Source: Mycobacteriales bacterium
GTDB taxonomy: Bacteria > Actinomycetota > Actinomycetes > Mycobacteriales > SCTD01
Length of the DNA: 64,000 bases
Assembly (NCBI GenBank): GCA_040902655.1
Contig: JBBDWV010000040.1
Coordinates: 6,300 to 70,299 of the forward strand
Reading direction: 5' to 3'
Positions 41,986 to 53,161 of this stretch are shown one piece after another. A program made the translations under genes and the position numbers. How positions within the stretch are numbered: position 1 is the stretch's first letter; each line of letters opens with the position of its first letter. The notes below the pieces were generated by a model. The model was not told the origin of the DNA and did no database searches. It was given only the letters and a program-made list of their open reading frames with translations.

Positions 41986-44480
41986 AGGCGGTCGTCATGG
42001 CCGGGGGCGAGGGGACCCGGCTGCGCCCGATGACCGCGAACCAGCCCAAGCCGCTGCTGCCCGTGGTGAACCGGCCGATCATGGCGCACGTCCTGCGGCT
42101 GCTGAAGCGGCACGGCTTCGACGAGAGCGTCGTGACCGTGCAGTTCCTGGCCAGCCTCGTACGCACCTACTTCGGGGACGGCGAGGAGTTCGGGATGTCC
42201 CTGTCGTACACCACCGAGCAGACGCCGCTGGGTACCGCAGGCTCGGTGGCCAACGCCCGCGCCGAGCTGGGTGACGACGCCTTCCTGGTCATCTCCGGCG
42301 ACGCCCTGACCGACATCGATCTGGGGGCACTGGTGCGGGCCCACCGGGCGACCGGCGCCCTGGCGACCGTCTGCCTCACCCGGGTGCCCGATCCGCTGGA
42401 GTTCGGGATCGTGGTCCAGCACGAGTCCGGCCGCATCGAGCGGTTCCTGGAGAAGCCCACCTGGGGCCAGGTGTTCACCGATACCGTCAACACCGGCATC
42501 TACGTCATGGAGCCCGAGATCTTCGACCATGTCCGGCCGGGCGTGCCCGTGGACTGGTCCGGCGACGTCTTCCCCGCGCTGCTGGCCGGAGGAGCGCCGC
42601 TGTACGGCCACGTGGCCGACGGCTACTGGGAGGACGTCGGCACTCTCAGCTCCTATATCCGTGCGCAGGCCGACGTGCTCCACCGCCGCGTCGACGCCGA
42701 GATCGACGGCTTCGAGATGGCCACCGGCGTCTGGGTGGGCGAGGGGGTGGACATCGACCCGGACGCGACGCTGATCGGCCCACTGTGCATCGGTGACAAC
42801 GTCAAGATCGAGGCGGGCGCACGGGTCGGGGAGCTCTGTGTGCTCGGGGACAACGTCGTGGTCAAGAGCGGCGCCTCGCTGGAGCGCTCGGTCGTGCACG
42901 ACAACGTCTTCGTCGGGCTGCAGGTCAGCCTGCGCGGCGCGGTGATCGGCAAGAACACCGACGTCATGCGGGCCGCCCGCGTCGGGGAGGCGTCGGTCGT
43001 CGGCGACGGGTGCGTCCTGGAGGAGGAGGCCTACCTCTCCGACGGCGTGCAGGTCTACCCGTTCAAGACGATCGAGGCCGGCACCGTCCTGCACACCAGC
43101 GTCATCTGGGGGAGCCGCGGCAGTGCCTCGCTGTTCGGCCCGCGCGGCATCTCCGGGCTGGTCAACGTCGAGATCACCCCGGAGTACGTCGTGCGGCTGG
43201 CCGCGGCGTACGCCACCACGCTGCCCAAGGGGAGCGTCGTCGTCACGGCGCGGGACGCCTCCCGCGCCGCCCGGGCGCTCAAGCGTGTCGTCACGGGGGC
43301 GCTCAACGCCAGTGCCATGGACGTGCGCGACCTGGAGGTGACGCCGCTGCCGGTCGCCCGCTTCATGACCTCGGGCAGCAACGCGGCCGGCGGGATCGTG
43401 CTGCGCGCCACACCCGACGACCCGCAGTCGGTCGACATCGTCTTCCTGGACGAGGGCGGGGGCGACCTGTCGCCGGCCCGCCAGCGGGCTCTCGAGCGGG
43501 TCGTCAGCCGGCAGGAGTTCCGGCGCGCCTTCCCCGGCGAGATGGCCGAGCTGGCCTTCCCGTCGCGCACCGTCGAGACCTACGTCCAGGAGCTGCTCCG
43601 GGCTGTCGACGTGTCGGGTCTGGGTGAGGCCCGGATGAAGGTCGTGCTCGACACCGCCGGCGGCGCCGTGTCGCTGGTGCTGCCGGCGCTGCTCGGGCGC
43701 CTCGACGTGGAGGTCCTGACGGTGAACAACCGGCTCGACGAGCGGGCGAGCGGGGAGACCGTGGCGGAGCACATGCGCGACCTGGAGCGACTGGGCGAGC
43801 TGGTGTCCGGCTCGCGGGCCGCCTTCGGCGTGCGTTTCGACCACGTCGGGGAGCGGCTCACGGTCGTCGACGAGCGCGGCCGGTTGATCCACGACGACCG
43901 GGCCCTGCTGGTCGTGCTCGACCTGGTCGCCGCCGAGCGACGCTGCGGGCGCATCGCGCTGCCGGTGACCACCACCCGCGTCGCCGAGCAGGTCGCGAAC
44001 TTCCACGGCACCGACATCCTGTGGACCTCCACGTCGCCGGCCGATCTCACCGCCGCCGCCGCCACCCCAGGGGTGATCTTCGCCGGCGACGGTCGCAGCG
44101 GCTTCGTCGTGCCCGAACTCGCCCCCTCCCTGGACGGCATCGCCGCCTTCGTGCGGCTGCTCGGGCTGGTCGCCCGGACCCGGTTGACGCTCTCCCAGAT
44201 CGACGCCCGCATCCCGCAGGCCCATCTGGTGCGCCGGGCGGTCCCCACGCCGTGGGCGGTGAAGGGCGCGGTCATGCGAACGGTGCTGGAGGCCGCGGGC
44301 GGCCGGGCGGTCGACACCACCGACGGCGTACGGCTCGTCGAGGCGGACGGGGCCTGGGCGCTCGTGCTGCCCGATCCGTCGGAGGCGGTCACGCACGTCT
44401 GGGCGGAGGGCCCGGATGCCGGCCGCGCCACCGACCTGGTGACCCGCTGGGCCGAGGCGGTCGAGTCGATGCAGGCGTAG
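41982..44480 (+). CDS. sugar-1-phosphate nucleotidyltransferase (ManC-like) - left-handed beta-helix - phosphomannomutase-like fusion protein
   Basis: N-terminus VMAGGEGTRLRPMT, hexapeptide-repeat middle, and a C-terminal four-domain PGM/PMM-like region. The PGM loop reads GIVLRATPDDP instead of the canonical T(A/G)SHNP. GTGA overlap with the upstream gene. 832 aa. Confidence 0.85.
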   Translation: MKAVVMAGGEGTRLRPMTANQPKPLLPVVNRPIMAHVLRLLKRHGFDESVVTVQFLASLVRTYFGDGEEFGMSLSYTTEQTPLGTAGSVANARAELGDDAFLVISGDALTDIDLGALVRAHRATGALATVCLTRVPDPLEFGIVVQHESGRIERFLEKPTWGQVFTDTVNTGIYVMEPEIFDHVRPGVPVDWSGDVFPALLAGGAPLYGHVADGYWEDVGTLSSYIRAQADVLHRRVDAEIDGFEMATGVWVGEGVDIDPDATLIGPLCIGDNVKIEAGARVGELCVLGDNVVVKSGASLERSVVHDNVFVGLQVSLRGAVIGKNTDVMRAARVGEASVVGDGCVLEEEAYLSDGVQVYPFKTIEAGTVLHTSVIWGSRGSASLFGPRGISGLVNVEITPEYVVRLAAAYATTLPKGSVVVTARDASRAARALKRVVTGALNASAMDVRDLEVTPLPVARFMTSGSNAAGGIVLRATPDDPQSVDIVFLDEGGGDLSPARQRALERVVSRQEFRRAFPGEMAELAFPSRTVETYVQELLRAVDVSGLGEARMKVVLDTAGGAVSLVLPALLGRLDVEVLTVNNRLDERASGETVAEHMRDLERLGELVSGSRAAFGVRFDHVGERLTVVDERGRLIHDDRALLVVLDLVAAERRCGRIALPVTTTRVAEQVANFHGTDILWTSTSPADLTAAAATPGVIFAGDGRSGFVVPELAPSLDGIAAFVRLLGLVARTRLTLSQIDARIPQAHLVRRAVPTPWAVKGAVMRTVLEAAGGRAVDTTDGVRLVEADGAWALVLPDPSEAVTHVWAEGPDAGRATDLVTRWAEAVESMQA

Positions 44481-44520
44481 CTCGCGCAGGGGCGGCCGGC
44501 GGCGACGACCGGTCCGGCCG

Positions 44521-45435
44521 GTGCGGCAGGATGGGGGCGTGACCCCCACCCCGACCCGGACCGGGCAGGACGCCGCGCCGCGCCGGGTGGACGGGTCGAT
44601 GTCGCTGCTGGTGGACGTGATGGCCAACTCGCTCGACGAGGGCTATGCCGAGCGGGCGGCCCGCAAGGCAGGTGAGCAGGCGGGGGTGCCGGCGGCTGCG
44701 GCTGTCCCGGTGCGCGGCCTCACCACCGTCGTCGGCCTGGTCCTGCTCGGCCTGGTCACCGGCACCGCGGTGGCCCAGGTGCGGGCGCGCCAGGACGAAC
44801 GCGCCGGCGTGCGCACCGGCCTCGCCGCCGAGGTGCGTGAGCGGACGGGAGAGACCGACGAGCTGGCCGACCGGGCCGAGCGGCTGCGCGCCGAGGTGGC
44901 CGCCACCCAGGCCGAGGTGCTCGGTGTCGACGCCGCGGGGCGCAGCGTCGCCCGGCGGCTGGTCCAGCTGGGTCTGGCCAGCGGCACCCTGCCCGTCCAG
45001 GGGCCGGGAATCGTCGTCACGCTGCAGGACGCGCTCCCCGAGCAGGAGCCTGCCGCGGTCCCGCGGCAGGGCGGGCCGGCCGAGGGGCGGGTGCAGGACC
45101 GTGACATCCAGGACCTCGTCAACGCGCTCTGGGCGGCCGGCGCCGAGGCGGTCAGCGTCAACGACGTGCGGCTGACCGCGCTGACCGCGATCCGCAGTGC
45201 CGGTGACGCGATCCTCGTCGATTTCCGGCTGCTGTCCCCGCCCTACGTCGTGCGGGCCGTCGGTGATCCGGCGGTGCTGGAGTTCGAGCTGCTGGACGGG
45301 GCGGCCGGCCGGCGCCTCGCGACGTACGTCTCGCTCTACGGCCTGCGCTTCGAGAGCCGGCGCGAGGAGTCGCTGTCGCTGCCCGGGGCGAGCACCCGCG
45401 AGCTGCGCGCCGCGCTGCCGGGGGAGGGGCCGTGA
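44521..45435 (+). CDS. DUF881 domain membrane protein
   Basis: One TM helix, a coiled region, then GPGIVVTLQD...RVQDRDIQDLVNALWAAGAEAVSVNDVRL...PPYVVRAVGD, typical of DUF881 (Rv1823/Rv1825-like). Start uncertain. Confidence 0.7.
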   Translation: MRQDGGVTPTPTRTGQDAAPRRVDGSMSLLVDVMANSLDEGYAERAARKAGEQAGVPAAAAVPVRGLTTVVGLVLLGLVTGTAVAQVRARQDERAGVRTGLAAEVRERTGETDELADRAERLRAEVAATQAEVLGVDAAGRSVARRLVQLGLASGTLPVQGPGIVVTLQDALPEQEPAAVPRQGGPAEGRVQDRDIQDLVNALWAAGAEAVSVNDVRLTALTAIRSAGDAILVDFRLLSPPYVVRAVGDPAVLEFELLDGAAGRRLATYVSLYGLRFESRREESLSLPGASTRELRAALPGEGP

Positions 45436-45764
45436 TCCCCGCCCTCGCGCTCGTGCTCGGGGTGGTGCTCGGCCTGGTCTTCGAGCCCACCGTCCCGGCC
45501 GCGCTCCAGCCGTACCTGCCGATCGCGGTGGTCGCGGCGCTCGACGCGGTCTTCGGCGCGGTACGGGCCCAGCTCGAGGGCATCTTCGACGACCGGGTGT
45601 TCGTGGTGTCCTTCGTGAGCAACGTCCTCGTCGCCGCCCTCGTGGTCTTCCTCGGAGACCAGCTGGGCGTCGGCGGCCAGCTCTCGACCGGCGTGGTGGT
45701 CGTGCTCGGCATCCGGATCTTCTCCAACGCGGCCGCCATCCGCCGCCGCGTCTTCGCCGCATGA
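45432..45764 (+). CDS. small basic membrane protein (DUF1290)
   Basis: 110 aa with 3 TM helices. Lies between two DUF881 genes as in Rv1824. GTGA/ATGA overlaps on both sides. Confidence 0.7.
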   Translation: MIPALALVLGVVLGLVFEPTVPAALQPYLPIAVVAALDAVFGAVRAQLEGIFDDRVFVVSFVSNVLVAALVVFLGDQLGVGGQLSTGVVVVLGIRIFSNAAAIRRRVFAA

Positions 45765-46705
45765 ACGGCGGGCGGCTGCGCCGGCTGCTGACGCCGCGGC
45801 TGCGCCCGGTCGACCTCGCGGTGGCGGTCCTGCTCGCGGTCCTCGGCTTCGCGGCGGTCGTGCAGGTGCGCTCGACCCAGGACGGCCCTCTCGCGGCGGC
45901 CCGCCAGGAGGATCTGGTCCAGATCCTGGACGAGCTGGCCAACCGCAACGACCGGTTGCGGGCGGAGGTGTCGGCCCTCGAGCGGGCCCGGGCCGAGCTG
46001 ACCAGCGGCGGCGACCGGACAGCGGCGGCGCTCGCCGAGGCCCGTCGCCGCGAGCAGCTGCTCGGCGTGCTGGCCGGCACGGTACCCGCCCGGGGCCCGG
46101 GTCTGCTGCTGACGATCACCGACCCCGAGGAGTCGATCGGACCGGACGTGCTGCTCGACGCGCTCGAGGAGCTGCGGGCCGCCGGCGCCGAGGCCATCCA
46201 GCTCGAGGGGCCGGTCGATCTGAGCGTCGACGGCGCGAAGGCCGCCGTCGGCGCGCAGGTGCGGGTGATCGCCTCCACCGCGCTCGAGGCGGGCGAGCGG
46301 GGCGGGGTGGTGGTCGACGACGTCGCGCTCTATCCGCCGTACCGCTTCGTCGTGGTCGGCGACGCCTCCACGCTGGCCTCGGCGGTGGGCATCCCCGGCG
46401 GGGTCGTCGACAACGTCGAGCTTCGCGGCGGCGCGGCTCTGGTCGAGCAGCGCGACGAGGTCCGGGTGGTCGCCTTGCGACCGCTCCAGCAGCCTCGTTA
46501 CGCTCGGCCCCCCCCCCCCACCCGGGGGGGGGGGGGGGGGGGGGCCCCGTCCGCACGCTCCGACGAGAGAAGGCCCAGGCCGTGGATCTCCAGTACACCG
46601 CCGAGCACGAGTGGGTCGCGATCGTCGGCACCGGCGAGTCGGCGGTCCTGCGGCTCGGCATCACGCCCTATGCCGCGGAGGCACTCGGCGACATCGTCTT
46701 CGTGA
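45761..46705 (+). CDS. DUF881 domain membrane protein; 3' end unreliable (reads through a homopolymer tract into gcvH)
   Basis: The DUF881 body runs to ...VRVVALRPLQQPRYARP (about 46510). The frame then translates C12/G21 as PPPPTRGGGGGG and continues out of frame across the gcvH start to 46705. Confidence 0.6.
   Translation: MNGGRLRRLLTPRLRPVDLAVAVLLAVLGFAAVVQVRSTQDGPLAAARQEDLVQILDELANRNDRLRAEVSALERARAELTSGGDRTAAALAEARRREQLLGVLAGTVPARGPGLLLTITDPEESIGPDVLLDALEELRAAGAEAIQLEGPVDLSVDGAKAAVGAQVRVIASTALEAGERGGVVVDDVALYPPYRFVVVGDASTLASAVGIPGGVVDNVELRGGAALVEQRDEVRVVALRPLQQPRYARPPPPTRGGGGGGAPSARSDERRPRPWISSTPPSTSGSRSSAPASRRSCGSASRPMPRRHSATSSS
46508..46548. repeat. C12-A-C3-G21-C4 homopolymer/hairpin tract
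   Basis: Read directly from the sequence: C run 46508-46519, A 46520, CCC 46521-46523, G run 46524-46544, CCCC 46545-46548. Confidence 0.95.
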
Positions 46706-46980
46706 CGCTGCCCACGGTCGGGACCCAGGTGACGGCCGGCCAGGCCTTCGGCGAGGTCGAGAGCACCAAGAGCGTCTCGGACGTGTACGCGCCGGTCGCC
46801 GGCACCGTCGCGGCCCGCAACGACCAGTTGGACAGCACTCCCGAGCTGGTGAACAGCGACCCGCTGGGAGAGGGCTGGATGGTCGAGCTCCGCCCCGCGG
46901 AGGGGGTCGAGGCGGCGCTGCAGTCGGCCGCGCTGCTGGACGCCGACGCCTACGCAGCCCTGACCGTCACGGAGTCCTGA
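46582..46980 (+). CDS. gcvH: glycine cleavage system protein H
   Basis: YTAEHEWV opening and the lipoyl-lysine motif FGEVESTKSVSDVYAPVAG. Confidence 0.93.
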   Translation: MDLQYTAEHEWVAIVGTGESAVLRLGITPYAAEALGDIVFVTLPTVGTQVTAGQAFGEVESTKSVSDVYAPVAGTVAARNDQLDSTPELVNSDPLGEGWMVELRPAEGVEAALQSAALLDADAYAALTVTES

Positions 46981-47194
46981 CAACTCCACCTGAGGTCGAG
47001 GTCCAGGCGGCCCGTCCTCGACGCCGGGTTGACCCTCGATGCGGCCCCCGACTACCTTCGCGCTGCGTCCGGGGGCCGCTCTGTCAGGCCTCTGGACGAA
47101 GGGGACTCACCTCCGGACAGCATGACCGGACCCGCGCCGCGGGCACCGGCGGGCACCCGCCCGCGCACCACCACCTCAGGAGGCGGGCGAGACC

Positions 47195-47722
47195 GTGTTC
47201 TGCACCCACTGCGGCCACCAGAACCCCGACGGCAGCCGGTTCTGCGCCCGCTGCGGGACAGCCCTGCCGCGGGCCGGCTCGGAAGGCGCGGCCAGTGCGG
47301 TCGAGACCACGTCCGCCATCTCGCTCACGGCGCTGGAGGTCGGCCTGGAGGAGGGCACGGCCGCTGCGGCCGACGCCGCCCCCGACGCGGGTCCGCTAGA
47401 GGCCCTGCCGCCCGGCAGCGCGCTGCTGGTCGTCAAGCGCGGCCCGAACGCCGGAAGCCGTTTCCTGCTGGACGCCGAGGTCACCACGGCCGGGCGGCAC
47501 CCGGAGTCCGACATCTTCCTCGACGACGTCACGGTCTCCCGTCGGCACGCCGAGTTCGCCCGCGAGGGCGGCGGCTTCCTCGTCCGGGACGTCGGTAGCC
47601 TGAACGGCACCTACCTCAACCGGGAGCGCATCGACGCTGCGGGCCTGGCCGGCGGCGACGAGGTGCAGATCGGCAAGTACCGCCTGGTCTTCCTGGTCGG
47701 GTCGCGCGGCGGCGAGGGATGA
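47195..47722 (+). CDS. garA: FHA-domain regulator GarA/OdhI homologue with N-terminal zinc-ribbon
   Basis: LPPGSALLVVKRGPNAGSRFLLD...AGRHPESDIFLDDVTVSRRHAEF...DVGSLNGTYLNRE...GDEVQIGKYRLVFL is near-identical in pattern to GarA as I recall it. The ETTS phospho-site motif is present (AVETTSAISL). The N-terminus FCTHCGHQNPDGSRFCARCG is a CxxC-x10-CxxC ribbon. Confidence 0.88.
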   Translation: MFCTHCGHQNPDGSRFCARCGTALPRAGSEGAASAVETTSAISLTALEVGLEEGTAAAADAAPDAGPLEALPPGSALLVVKRGPNAGSRFLLDAEVTTAGRHPESDIFLDDVTVSRRHAEFAREGGGFLVRDVGSLNGTYLNRERIDAAGLAGGDEVQIGKYRLVFLVGSRGGEG

Positions 47723-48474
47723 GCGCCAGCTCTGCAGCCCGCCCGGTGGCGATCCGCGCGTTCATGAGCATCGGGGAGGTGCTCGGCCAGCTGCGGCCGG
47801 ACTTCCCGGACATCACCATCTCCAAGATCCGCTTCCTCGAGGCCGAGGGTCTGGTGGAGCCCGAGCGGACGGCGTCGGGCTACCGCAAGTTCTCCCGCGA
47901 GGACCTCAGCCGGCTGCGTTACGTGCTGTCGGCGCAGCGTGACCACTACCTCCCGCTCCGGGTCATCAAGGAGCATCTGGACGCCATCGACCGCGGCCTC
48001 GATCCGCCGGACCTCGGCACCAGCGGCCCCAAGGTGCCCCGGGCCCTGGTGGCCGCCGAGGGGCTGCCCGGCGCCGACTCCTTCCTGCCCGACGTCAGCG
48101 AGATGCGGCTGTCCCGCAGCGAGCTGCTCGCCGCCGCCGGCCTGTCTCCGGAGCAGCTGGAGCAGCTGGAGCAGTACGGCCTGGTGGCGCCGCGCCAGGG
48201 GGGCAGCCACTACGACGGCGATGCACTGGTGGTGGCCAAGACGGTCGCGGAGATGGCCCGCTTCGGCATCGAGGCTCGCCATCTGCGCCCGTTCAAGGCG
48301 GCTGCCGAGCGTGAGATCGGGCTGGTCGAGCAGGTCGTCACACCGCTGGTACGCCAGCGCAACCCCGAGGCGCGGGCCCGCGCCGAGGAGGTCGCCCGGG
48401 AACTCGCGGCGCTGTCGGTCAAGCTGCACGCCACCCTGGTGCGCGCGGGACTCGGGCCGGGCCTGCGGCGCTGA
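47719..48474 (+). CDS. ftsR: MerR-family transcriptional regulator (FtsR / Rv1828-like)
   Basis: MSIGEVLGQLRPDFPDITISKIRFLEAEGLVEPERTASGYRKFSREDLSRLRYVL. ATGA overlap with garA. Confidence 0.8.
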   Translation: MSASSAARPVAIRAFMSIGEVLGQLRPDFPDITISKIRFLEAEGLVEPERTASGYRKFSREDLSRLRYVLSAQRDHYLPLRVIKEHLDAIDRGLDPPDLGTSGPKVPRALVAAEGLPGADSFLPDVSEMRLSRSELLAAAGLSPEQLEQLEQYGLVAPRQGGSHYDGDALVVAKTVAEMARFGIEARHLRPFKAAAEREIGLVEQVVTPLVRQRNPEARARAEEVARELAALSVKLHATLVRAGLGPGLRR

Positions 48475-48586
48475 ACGTTGCGCCGTGCAGCTGCAGGCCT
48501 GCGCGGCGCGGAGTAGGGTCGAGGGAGGTCGAGGACCGCCCCGGGCGACCCCGGCCGTACTGCCTGTCGACGTCCTGGAGGACCCC

Positions 48587-49084
48587 GTGGAGCCGTCCGG
48601 TGAGGGCACCTCGCTGTCGGAGTTGAGCGTCGTCGGCGTGCGCGTCGAGCTGCCGAGCCAGCAGCCGATCGTGCTGCTCAAGGAGGTCGGCGGCGACCGC
48701 TACCTGCCGATCTGGATCGGTGCTGTCGAGGCGACTGCGATCGCCTTCGCCCAGCAGGGGGTGGTGACGGCCCGGCCGATGACGCACGACCTGCTCCGCG
48801 ACCTGCTGGAGGCGTTCGAGCGGCCGCTGAAGACCGTGACGATCACCGAGCTGCGCGAGGGCGTCTTCTATGCCGAACTCGGCTTCGACGGAGGCCTCAC
48901 GGTCAGCGCCCGCCCCTCGGACGCGATCGCGCTGGCCATCCGCAGCGGTGCCGTGATCCGCGGCGAGCAGGAGGTTCTCGCGGAGGCCGGCATCGCGATC
49001 CCGGACGAGCAGGAGGACGAGGTGGAGAAGTTCCGCGAGTTCCTCGACACCGTCACCCCCGAGGACTTCAGCCCAGGATCCTGA
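48587..49084 (+). CDS. bifunctional nuclease family protein (DUF151, Rv1829-like)
   Basis: VVGVRVELPSQQPIVLLKEVGGDRYLPIWIGAVEATAIAFAQQGV...RPMTHDLL...REGVFYAEL. GTG 48587 follows GGAGGA. Confidence 0.82.
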   Translation: MEPSGEGTSLSELSVVGVRVELPSQQPIVLLKEVGGDRYLPIWIGAVEATAIAFAQQGVVTARPMTHDLLRDLLEAFERPLKTVTITELREGVFYAELGFDGGLTVSARPSDAIALAIRSGAVIRGEQEVLAEAGIAIPDEQEDEVEKFREFLDTVTPEDFSPGS

Positions 49085-49128
49085 CCCTCTGGTGTAGGTC
49101 GAGGGTTGCGACATGCCGGACGACATCG

Positions 49129-49875
49129 TTGACCGAGCCTCGAGGACTGCCTAGCGTGCCGGTTCTGGTCGACCCGCGCCGGACCCCACGGGACCCCGCC
49201 CGCCGGCCCCCGCTGGAGCCGCAGGACCACAGACAGGAGCCGACCGTGGTGGACGAGCCCGTCGAGCCCGCCGTCGTTCCGGCGCCGCCGGGCAGCTCGG
49301 CGCGGGCACCGCTGGGCCTGCAGGGGACGCTGTTCGACGACCTGCCGGAGGAGCAGCGACCCGGTGGTTCCCCCCAGGACGTCGGGTACCGCGGTCCGAC
49401 GGCGTGCAGCGTCGCCGGCATCACCTACCGCCAGCTCGACTACTGGGCACGCACCGGGCTGGTCGAGCCGACCGTGCGGGAGGCCTCCGGATCCGGGACC
49501 CAGCGGCTCTACAGCTTCCGCGACATCCTGGTGCTGCGGGTGGTGAAGAACCTGCTGGACGCCGGCGTCTCGCTGCCCAACATCCGCACCGCGATCGCCA
49601 CCCTGCGCGAGCGGGGGGTGGCCGATCTGGCCGAGATCACGCTGATGAGCGACGGCACGACGGTCTACGAGTGCACCTCCACCGACGAGATCCTCGACCT
49701 GCTCAAGCGCGGCCAGGGCGTCTTCGGGATCGCGGTGGGCCGGCACATCGGCGACGTCGAGGGAACCCTCGCCGCGCTGCCGAGCGAGCGGGCCACCGCC
49801 GGCACGGCGGCCGCGTCGGGCGACGCCGCGGCCGACGAGCTGGCCACCCGCAGGCGCCGGCGCACCACCGCCTGA
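49129..49875 (+). CDS. MerR-family transcriptional regulator (Rv1830-like)
   Basis: HTH CSVAGITYRQLDYWARTGLVEPTVREASGSGTQRLYSFRDILVLRVVKNLLDAGVSL. Start uncertain (TTG 49129 or GTG 49156). Confidence 0.75.
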   Translation: MTEPRGLPSVPVLVDPRRTPRDPARRPPLEPQDHRQEPTVVDEPVEPAVVPAPPGSSARAPLGLQGTLFDDLPEEQRPGGSPQDVGYRGPTACSVAGITYRQLDYWARTGLVEPTVREASGSGTQRLYSFRDILVLRVVKNLLDAGVSLPNIRTAIATLRERGVADLAEITLMSDGTTVYECTSTDEILDLLKRGQGVFGIAVGRHIGDVEGTLAALPSERATAGTAAASGDAAADELATRRRRRTTA

Positions 49876-49984
49876 TCGGCTGCCCCGACGCCGTGGAGCG
49901 GTAGCCTGAGGAGCGCCGACCACCCGTACGGGAGAGTTCCCTCACCGCCGGTGGGCCCCCGACGCTTCCCGCCCGGAGTCCTTC

Positions 49985-52864
<2,880 letters not shown>

Positions 52865-52882
52865 CCGGCCGGTCGGGCCAGA

Positions 52883-53092
52883 CTAGGCTGCGGTCCAGAT
52901 CCGGCAGGTGGGGCGGTGCGGCGCCACCGCCCGGCCGTCCGGGAGGATCTCGCCGGTGTCGTCGAACAGCACGACGCCGTTGCACAGCAGGCTCCACCCC
53001 TGGTCGGAGTGGCGGGCCACCACCCGGGCCGCGTCGTGATCGGGCGCTGCGGCACCCGGGCAGGGCGGGTTGTGGGTGCAGGGTAGGCACAT
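52883..53092 (-). CDS. DUF5999-like small protein
   Basis: 69 aa from ATG 53092. MCLPCTHNPPCPGAAAPDHDAARVVARHSDQGWSLLCNGVVLFDDTGEILPDGRAVAPHRP matches my recollection of DUF5999 (C..PPCP...GWSLLCNGV..FeDTGeLLPDGr). Confidence 0.6.
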   Translation of the reverse strand: MCLPCTHNPPCPGAAAPDHDAARVVARHSDQGWSLLCNGVVLFDDTGEILPDGRAVAPHRPTCRIWTAA

Positions 53093-53161
53093 CGTCGTGC
53101 TCCAGGTCGGTCTGGCGGGTCGGAGGAGGTGCGAGGGCGTTCGCCCCATCCTTCACGTCGG

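Noticed and set aside
49876-49984. Possible glycine riboswitch in the gcvP leader (ACGGGAGAG...CACCG fragments)
   Set aside because: Only the GGGAGAG and CACCG pieces are present. The conserved GAAGGRGCAA core and the CUCAGG...GGAC 3' element are absent, the spacer between the fragments is too short for P2, and the whole leader is only 109 nt. A cmscan with RF00504 would settle it. I do not expect a hit.
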